A model generated the notes under the pieces. It did not search any database, was not told the origin of the DNA, and was given only the letters and a program-made list of their open reading frames with translations. A DNA stretch of 64,000 bases from Paramecium tetraurelia (Eukaryota), in the NCBI GenBank assembly GCA_000165425.1, contig CT868574.1, positions 1-64,000 of the forward strand. The letters run 5' to 3'. The position numbers were made by a program, and so were the translations under genes. Every line of letters begins with the position of its first letter. The first letter of the stretch is position 1. Positions 55,099 through 64,000 of the stretch are shown piece after piece.

Positions 55099-58000
55099 AT
55101 GCTTAGATTTGTAGCCAGAAATCTCAATAATGTTTATAAATTTTCCGAATTGTAAAAGTTTGGAGTCTCTTTTCTTGGTTCTGGAAATGCAGAATATTTG
55201 GAAAATCTATTCGACTAATGGTACTTGGATAACAAATCAGTCCCTGCCACTTGGGATTCATATTTTAGACAAGTTTTGGAATCGAACAATTTTGATTTCA
55301 CTCCAGAGCCATTAAAGGGATAAGCTGTTTCTCTTAAATTGGATGTATGATAATCTATATGAAAATTAGGGGCAATCAGGTGTTAGGAAATTATTGAGTG
55401 ATCATTTCAGAGTGTTGTTGCTAATAAACAAATACAGGCATAGAGGACATGAGAAGTCATAGGTGGATCCTTTGGACTTGGAGCACATTTAACAAATAGG
55501 CAAAGTGAAAGGATATACAAAATTGGATTATAGTGAATTTTTCACAGAAGAGGATTTAGACAGAGGATTTTATATTCATGCTATCGGAAGCACAGGAATC
55601 ACAAAGGACAAATAGAGTAAGAGATTTTAATAGTAATTAGTGATGAAATTGAGAGACTTGATAAATTACTTAGAAAAGGCCTATTGTGGAAAAATATCAT
55701 ATGAATACATGCATATTCAATCAAACGAGGAAAGAGATTGGTTTAGACATCAAATAGAGAAGTACGATGAATTCATGCCTAGCAAAGAGTAGAAATTGAA
55801 AACCTTTGAGAGGTATGAATTAAAATGATAGAAAAATAGATTGGGATAGGAACACGCCTTCAGTACATTTTTGCAGAAGAAATTCAATACATCAAAGAGA
55901 TTTGGTATAGAGGGATGCGATTCAATGATTTCTGGGTTGTAATCTTTGATTGACGAGGCAGCAAAAGCAGGGGCAGAACATGTAGTATTTGGAATGGCAC
56001 ACAGAGGAAGACTAAATACATTATACAATGTATTTTAGAAGTCAGCAGAAGAAATCATGGTTGAATTCTAGGATTTGAAGAGTACTTTTAATGAGGATAT
56101 TTGGGGTAATTCTGGAGATGTGAAATATCATTTGGGTTCAGTTCATAATGTGCAATTTGGAGATAAGAAATTAAGATTGGAAATGCTACCAAATCCATCT
56201 CACTTAGAAACTGTGGATCCATGTGTATATGGAAAAGTCAGGGCTATCTAAGATTATTTCCAAGATTCAAGGAGAGAAAAAGCCTTTGGAGTATTGATTC
56301 ATGGAGATGCTGCAGTTTCAGGTTAAGGAATAGTTTATGAGGCTTTACAAATGGCAGATTTAGAAGGCTATAAGTCAGGTGGTATCATTCATGTGGTGTC
56401 CAACAATTAAATTGGATTCACTACTGTTCCTAAGGACAGCAGATCTGGATTATATTGCACAGATATTGCTCATGCTATTTAAGCACCAGTCATTCATGTC
56501 AATGCTGATGAACCTGAACTAGTAGACAAAAGTGTTTAAGATAGCCACTGAGTTCAGATACAAGTTTAAGAGAGATATCTTTATTGATTTGGTTGGATAT
56601 AGAAGATATGGTCATAATGAATAAGATCAACCTAAATTCACTTAACCTATTATGTATGAGAAGATTGATAAGGCTCCTCCTGTCTTTATTAAATATAGTG
56701 ACAAGTTGGTTGCCTAAGGAATTGTGACAAAAGAACAAGTGGACAAATTGATGAAGACTCATGAAGAGAACTTGGAACTAGCTTACCAAAAGTCAAGATA
56801 AATGGATTACAATCTCAAGGATTGGCAACCTGTGCCTTGGGAAATGATTAAAGTTCCAGTCCTTTGGGGAAGAATCAAAGACACTGGTGTTCCTTTGAAT
56901 GTTTTAAAAACATTAGGAGAGAAAATTAATAAGATTCCAAATGAATTCAATGCTCACCCATAAATCAGAAAATTCTATGACGAAAGATTGTCATGGATTC
57001 AAAAGGATTAGCCTATTGATTTTGCCTCTGCTGAAGCCCTAGCATTTGGAACTCTTCTTCATGAAGGATTCAATGTTAGATTATCTGGAGAAGACGTGTA
57101 AAGGGCTACATTCTCTCACAGACATGCTGTTTTACATGACTAAAAGGATCCTAATGGTTAGGATTATGTGCCTTTGAATGCTGTTATTCCAAAGGGATAA
57201 GAACATAGACTCAGTATTTATAACTCTCATTTGTCTGAATACGGAGTTCTAGGGTTCGATTATGGGTACTCCATCACAAATCCAAATACATTAGTATTGT
57301 GGGAGGCATAATTTGGTGATTTTGCAAATGGAGCCTAAATCATTATCGATAATTATATAGCTAGTGCAGAATCCAAATGGGATGTTGATAGTGGATTGGT
57401 TATGTTGTTACCAAATGGTATGGATGGACAAGGACCAGAACACAGTTCAGGGAGAGTTGAAAGATTTTTATAATTGAGTGATGATGATCCTGCAGTTTTT
57501 GAAAAAAATCTTGGAGGTAATTTAATTATTTATATGTCTTATAGTCAGATTAACTAGATAGATGAGAAATTCCAATATGCAAATTGTTCAATGCACCACT
57601 CCAGCTAATTATTTCCATGCTCTCAGAAGATAATTAAGAAGAGATTTCAGAAAACCATTAATAGCTATGACATCCAAGAGACTCTTGAGATTGCAAGCTG
57701 CCAAATCTAAGCTTACTGAACTTACTACTCAATTCAATTAGGTTTATGATGAAGCTTTTCCTGAATTCCTTGTCGAACCAAATCAAGTTAAGAGAGTTAT
57801 TTTGTGTTCTGGACAAGTGTATTATGATCTTCTCAAGAAAAGGGAAGACCTCAAATAGAATGTAATGCTATTTTAATTAATTATTGTAGAATGTGGCAAT
57901 CCTGAGAATTGAATAGTTGGCTCCATTTCCTTATGAGTTCTTACAAAAAGTTATTGGCAAGTACAACAAAGCAGAATTTGTTTGGGTCTAAGAGGAGCAC

Positions 58001-58186
58001 ATGAATTATGGACCTTGGGCATTTGTTAGACCAAGAATTCAAAGTGTATTAGCGAAAACTACAAATGTTTCTAATTCCCCCATTTAATACATTGGCAGAA
58101 GACCAAGTGGATCGCCAGCTACTGGTTTTCATCAATTACATGAGAAAGAATTTTAGACTCTATTATAAAAGGCCTTTGAAATTTGA
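55099..58186 (+). CDS. OGDH: 2-oxoglutarate dehydrogenase E1; apparent +1 frameshift at 56528-56531
   Basis: [93 protein letters not shown]. Confidence 0.96.
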
Positions 58187-58283
58187 TAAATTATGTTATA
58201 TTATTTTCGATGTTTATCAGCCCTATAAATCTCATTAATGAAATATCAAAGAGAAATAAGCATTCCATAATTTTATTATTTTA

Positions 58284-60182
58284 ATGCTCACCTAAGATGT
58301 CATATTCTATTCTATCGCTTCTACAATCCTGTTCCTGTACGTCTTATATTTGATATGGGAATACTCAGCAAAGGATGTGCCCTTATATATTAAGATTTTA
58401 ACCTTTATATCTTGGACCCTAACCTTTTCAATTGTATTGGTCCTACCAATTGACATTGCTAATGTTTATTATTCAATCGTTAATCTTAGTCAACCAAACA
58501 GCATGATGAAACCTAATAGTTAGAAACCATGGGGAACATCAAAGTATTATGGAGGATTATGTATTGGGGAAACTTCTTTTTGGCATGGTACAAATTCATA
58601 TTATGCAGGTTGGTCTTACCCTTTTTTTAAGATTATGAAGGCTCCGGAGATTTCGATATCAAAGGTAAAATAAAGTACTCTTTGAAAAAGAATTTAACAA
58701 TATATGGAGTGGGAACTGTAATAATTATTGGATTAGCCATCTATTTATTGATCAAGGATAATTTCGACTCAGCTCATGTGGAAGGGGTTCTCATAGGAGT
58801 GAGCAATTTCTTGTAATCTAAACTTGTTAATCATTTAGTGGTTTGCTCCTCGTTGTCATTCTTTTGGGATAAGGTTTAGTAGCAATTCCAAAACTATACT
58901 ACAGGGAACATAAGGAGGAAGAAGTCTTGGAGTAGTGTTATCAATAAGCTGTGCTATTAGATGAGCAAAGAACTGAGAAAACCTATGAACTGGAAGACAT
59001 TTGTAGGGTTGTAATATATTGTAAAATACGTAGACCCTTCAATTGTTGCAGAATGAATACTCCGATAGCGAATTCAGTAGATATTTGATGATCATTCTGC
59101 AAAACATTCCTTAGGAATTTCAAAAGAGCATCAGACACACCTTATAAAAGTACAATGCTTCCAACATACCAGATAAATACAAACCATTGAATCTAGATGT
59201 ATTGGCTTCCATACACAAGTATGTGAAATGCCTTATGTTTGATTTACAAAGAATTCAAACCAAGCTCAATATTGCTAATTAGTAGGCATTGAAGTTTGAA
59301 AGGAAAGACTTAGCAGATGATGAGACATAATTTGAAACAAAATTGTCTAAAATGATATATAAGATTTCTATTATTTGGAATCTAAGGCTCAGAAAATATT
59401 ACTGTGTGTTTTTGGCCATAACCTATGCCCTTCTTAGTTTATTAATCCTATTTTGTGAGTTAATCACTTTTGTGGCCAAAACGAACAAGAATTTGAACCC
59501 CTATTACTTATTACTGTCCTCCATCAACAGGTATTATTTAACTGAACTTGTTTTGCTCTTGCCTTTGCTTTATATGATGTTTTGCACCTATTATGGCTTG
59601 TTTGCAATGAAAATCTCTGGATTGATTTCATTCAATAAACATCATCATACAGATGCTCCTAGCTTAATGTTTGGTTCTATGTATTTATATTTCATATTTT
59701 GTAAGTAACTTTGCCAGAGTGAGTTTCCCCTTGTGTTTCAATTTCATTCAAATTACAGACATATTGGAAGATTAGGCCACTTCTTTCAGTGAGACAGTAG
59801 GGAATCTGGCAGAGTCTCTTTTTGTATAGAGTTACAAAACCATACTGCCCTTGATGTTGTTGATTATGTGCTTTTTCAATTTATTCAATATTGGTGATAA
59901 GTTGATGAGGACTATAGGTTTGGGATAATATGCTCAATAGGAGAGGATATCAGGAATGAGTTTGTAAGGAAAGAAGATTATAGAGTAAGGTATATTTGAT
60001 TGTAATATTTAAAAGAAAGAGAGCTGAGGAAGAAGAGCAATGTTAATGAGAGCAATTCTCAGATTGTATTTCAGGAATTGCAGATTATGCCAAAAAGCAA
60101 GGTCCAGGATGAAGAGGAGACTTCAAGAAAAAACTCATAAAATTAGGGAATTAGAAATTTTGATTAAATTCTAAGCATTTGA
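58284..60182 (+). CDS. LMBR1-domain protein (LMBRD2-like)
   Basis: LVLPIDI, WRIMYW, LPFFQDYEGSGDF, LLGQGLVAIPK, HHTDAPSLMF...FARVSFPLCFNF. Confidence 0.88.
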
Positions 60183-60209
60183 ATTATATATATTTTACTT
60201 TTAATTAAT

Positions 60210-61203
60210 ATGGACTCATAGTAACAATAAGATTAAAAATAACCTTCAAGCATTGGACAAGCAATTAAATAATAGGTCTTGAAGGCTTGGCAACCCGTTC
60301 CTACACTTAACTCCACCATTATTTTGTTTGGCATATTGAGTGTTTATTTTCTAAGCATGGGTATTGTACTTAATGTGTATTCTGGGAAAATTAACCAATA
60401 AAGTTTCAGATATGATGCCTTTTGTTAAGGATATCCCATATGCGATTTTACAATAGCTCTGGACACCAATTACACAGCTCCAGTCTATATATATTATTAG
60501 TTGGATAACTTCTATTAGAATCAAAGAAGGTAGTGATTCTCAAGATTTATTGTTTAGATACATCACATCAAAATCAGTAGAATAGTTGTCTGGAACAAAG
60601 GGATTGGGAGTAGATGATTTAAGTTCATGTTATCCCGTCATCACTAATGCTTAAATGAATAAGACTGTAGCAATAGATGGCACACCTTTAACACCAACAG
60701 CTCCAGCAATTCCATGTGGTTTGATTGCTCAAAGTTTATTTAATGATACATTTGATATTTCCTACGAATTAAACAATGGCACTCTAATTAAAGTTCCTGT
60801 GTCAAGCCAAGGCATAGCTTGGCCAACTGATCTAGAGGTTTACCAGAACACAGATGCCAGTTAATAGTGGTACAATGTTACGGATGAAAGGTTCATTGTT
60901 TGGATGAGAGTGGCAGCAATGCCAAATTTTAGAAAGCTTTGGGGAGTGATCAACCAAGATCTTCCATAGGGTCGTTATTCCATAGTAATTACAAATAGTA
61001 ATCCATATTATTAATATAGATTATGATTCAAGTCAATATGGAGGCAAGAAATATATAGTATTTTCAACAACCAATTAATTTGGAGGTAAAAACGAATTTT
61101 TGTCTGTTGCCTACATATGCGTGGGTGTAGCATCGTCTTTAGTACAACTATTGGATTTTGTCTGAAGAAGTATTTCTCAAGAGCTGTTCCGAAAAAAATC
61201 TGA
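60210..61203 (+). CDS. CDC50: CDC50/LEM3 family P4-ATPase beta subunit
   Basis: KQQVLKAWQPV, YYQLDNFYQNQRRY, PCGLIAQSLFNDTF, ERFIVWMRVAAMPNFRKLWG, GGKNEFL. Confidence 0.93.
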
Positions 61204-61912
61204 ATTAATATTTAAATCCTATCGTTGAAAATTAATTTAAATAAATTAAAACTTAGTAAAGATTTACAAAACCTCATTCTCAATAGTTCTATTTCTTCTT
61301 GATTTCTCTAATAAATTATATTTAAATTAATAAAGTTTTCTAGAATTCCATCCAAATTCTATGTTATCAAAGTATATTCTATTATTTTCATGAATGTTTC
61401 ACCTTAACAAATAAGGATGTAAAATGAATTTTACCACCTTCTATTTAATTGAAATACTTCCAATTAGAATAGGTTAATTTCGATATAACTTTACAATTTA
61501 TTCATTTAAATTTCTAGATACTTTATTGTTTTTAATAGTAATTTGATATAGTTGAATACAAGAGACATAAATTAGAGTTCCTAATCATATTCTACTAATG
61601 ATAATCAATTAAATATTACATAAAGAGGTTGATTATCTGCTTTCATATTTTAGATTTTGCATCCACAATAATTGTATTTAGTACATTTTAAATTTATTAT
61701 TTATCAATATATTGTATTTTATAACGTTCACTTCACTAATAAGTATTTTGAACTAAATATAATTCAAAAATAGAAAAATATGAAAATTTGACGTTTATTT
61801 GAGTGATACAGGTTACATAAAGAATTGAGATGGTTCTGAAATTTAGATGGTTCTTAGTTGATCAGGAGAATGAGAAAATCGAATTTGAATATTTTTATTA
61901 ATTAATTATAAA

Positions 61913-62446
61913 ATGGATGAATACTAAGTGTTTTTTAAAGCCAAATGTATAGAGTATCAAAAAAACAAAGTTGATATTTCAAGAGAGGAAATGATGATAG
62001 AGATATCAGAAATGTGGGAACAATACAAAAGAGAAAACGATTCAAAACAAATCAATGGGAATGAACAAATTTATTTTCAAATTTTTGATTTTCTTCTTAC
62101 TAAGCAACAAAAAGAATACGAAAGACAATAACTGGATTCAATTAACTATCCAGCCTCTCAACCATGTTATTAAAGGAAAAAAAAAATTTAAGCTCCAACT
62201 ATTCAAATTTCATATTGTACAAGTGAACCTAAATTTGTCATTGAAGCTCGGAATCTAGCCATGGAAATACTGAGAGAATTCAAAGTTAACATAATCAAAA
62301 GTTAAATACATCATTCATCAAAAAACATATCCGTAGTCCTGTATTAAGAAACTAAAAATATTGAATTATGGTCTTATTTAAGAGATGGGCCCCTAGATTA
62401 CACAAAAATATTTGCTTTAATTTCAAAGTATGTTCAAAGACTGTGA
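61913..62446 (+). CDS. 177-aa protein: HMG-box-like N-terminus + Rdx (SelW/SelT-like) C-terminal domain
   Basis: Intronless ORF. YQVFFKAKCIEYQKNKVDISREEMMIEISEMWEQYK, then IQISYCTSEPKFVIEARNLAMEILREF...ELWSYLRDGPLD. Confidence 0.6.
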
Positions 62447-62780
62447 ATTATTATATTTTTCTCATTAAAATTTAACTACATTTAATTAGTAGTATTCTTA
62501 AAAAAGCTATGTAATATCTTTAAATCGAAATAATCGACTGCAGATACCATTGAAATAAGATAATAAGAGCCATTTTTTCTATTTAAAAAATCAGTTAATC
62601 TCTAAAATAAATTAGTTCAATATTTTATGATATTAATTAAAATAGTGAAGTATGGAGACATAGAATGTATACTAATTCTTTATCAATATAAATTAGTAAA
62701 ATAATTATTCTCTGGAATTATTATATATAATTTTATTAAACTATGTATATATTGTTTTTGTTGAACTTAATATTTGTTAC

Positions 62781-63662
62781 TCATAATTTTGGGAATTCAG
62801 CCTTCCCTTTTGTCATTGAAGCTGTAATAGCAGTAGCCATATCATTTGTGAATAGCATGGCCATATTAGTTCTGGCCATGACATCTAAGTGCGAATCTAG
62901 ATTTTATTCCCTAGTCACAATGCTTTTAATTGTGTAGCATCCTACTGGAGATTTGGAAGCAATGGTCTCAGCAAGCTTGAAGATTTCATCATTTAACTAA
63001 TCACTCTTAACTACTTTGCTAACTAAACCCAATTGTAAAGCTTCTTGAGCATTAAAAATTCTGCCTGTGTATGCTAATTCTCTGAAGAGGGATGTATTAG
63101 CATTCTATACGCCCAATCTTTACAGAGTTCCTATATCAGCAGCCCTATAAATATAATGGAAGTGAATATACATTCCAATATCAATTTCTTTGATTGAGAA
63201 ATTTGCATCTTCCGAACAATATCTGATATCGGCAGAGGTAATAAGGTCAATGCCACCCCCCAAACAATATCCTTGAATGCCCACGATTACTGGTACTCTG
63301 ATTCTGGATAAGGAAGTCATTGCAAATTGCCAATCCTTAATGAGATCATAGATTCTAATTGATCTTCTTGCTTAATCCAACTCGTCTGGAAACTGAGGAA
63401 TAGGGAGAATAGGAGAATACTTGGAACATTTGTGGAGCTTCTTTGAGATCGAGACCGGCACAGAAGTGCTTTCCTCTTCCAGTCAACACCACAACTCGAA
63501 CATCGTCAGTTTAATTGATGATATCGACAGCAGCCTTGAAATCTTGAAAGAGTTGACCAGACATGGCATTCCTAGGGTTATGAATGGGATGTACAATTGT
63601 TTGGGTCGATTGATTTCAAGATGATAAATTTATCCTTTTTTGGTACCCACTAGAGTTTACAT
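62781..63662 (-). CDS. ECH1: Delta3,5-delta2,4-dienoyl-CoA isomerase (crotonase family)
   Basis: NRPKQLNAM, GKHFCAGLDL, GYCLGGGIDLITSADIRYCS, FSIKEIDIG..ADIGTLQRL. C-terminal PKL (PTS1-like). Confidence 0.9.
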
Positions 63663-63762
63663 ATTATGAATATTATTATGCTTGGTTTAATTTTTATTTG
63701 TATTTATTTTTGATGATATAAATGAATTTTGAAAATATATATCCCAAAATAAATAAATTAAT

Positions 63763-64000
63763 ATGAATCATCTTACAGGAATTGAAGCTGTTCTTAATAC
63801 AGCTGAAGCAAGCACTCCAGCCCCATCAAACATTGATTCCACATGGGTGTTGATTACATCCTTCAGTGCTTTATTAACAATATTGGGATTCGCCTTCATC
63901 AGTTCAGGAGCAGTGAGATACAAATCTGTGCAATCAGCAGTTATCACAGTCTTATTGGGAGCAGTGATCACCATATTATTTTTCTGGCTTGTAAGAAATA
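63763..64000 (+). CDS. Ammonium transporter (Amt) family, 5' part (runs off window)
   Basis: IDSTWVLITSFSALLTILGFAFISSGAVRYKSV...ILFFWL followed by a GTAAG donor. Matches the Amt TM1-TM2 pattern. Confidence 0.7.
   Translation, partial: MNHLTGIEAVLNTAEASTPAPSNIDSTWVLITSFSALLTILGFAFISSGAVRYKSVQSAVITVLLGAVITILFFWLVRN

Noticed and set aside
48826..60182. Two LMBR1-family genes as a tandem duplication
   Set aside because: They belong to different subfamilies and show no evident nucleotide similarity.
61795..61860. Possible box C/D snoRNA: AGATGGTTC twice, complementary to the LSU rRNA GAACCAUCU segment, first copy followed by CTGA
   Set aside because: Only 9-10 nt of complementarity and no convincing box C or terminal stem. 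Needs snoscan or small-RNA data.

Overview
Gene-dense, AT-rich eukaryotic DNA read with the ciliate nuclear code (TAA/TAG = Gln, TGA = stop) and interrupted by tiny GT-AG introns of about 21-30 nt. This combination points to a Paramecium-type macronuclear chromosome (inference). The supplied standard-code ORF track is therefore fragmentary, so genes were reconstructed by hand and boundaries may be off by a few codons. About 40 loci are present. They include a ~7.7 kb P4-ATPase/guanylyl cyclase fusion, an ACAT-type MBOAT, a kinase-TPR protein, a MORN protein, an NDUFB3-like microprotein, DPM1, an ARL8-like GTPase, an FHA-RINGv protein, RPC19/AC19, an ERK7-like MAPK, a TFIIS-like protein lacking domain III, ATP synthase OSCP, calcineurin A, a Pol5/MYBBP1A-like protein, RAD4/XPC, an EF-hand protein, an SP-RING protein, an IBR-less RBR ligase, a CAMK-like pseudokinase, two LMBR1-family genes, an IRE/Rim15-like AGC kinase, OGDH E1, CDC50, an HMG-like/Rdx-like fusion, ECH1 and the start of an ammonium transporter. 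Decaying genes include a bacterial-type 2OG-Fe dioxygenase and TCF25/Rqc1. Three otherwise intact conserved genes carry single-base +1 frameshifts, two of them in the same ACAAAAGTG context. No rRNA, tRNA, telomere, transposon or CRISPR array was recognised. All family assignments come from remembered motifs, not database searches.
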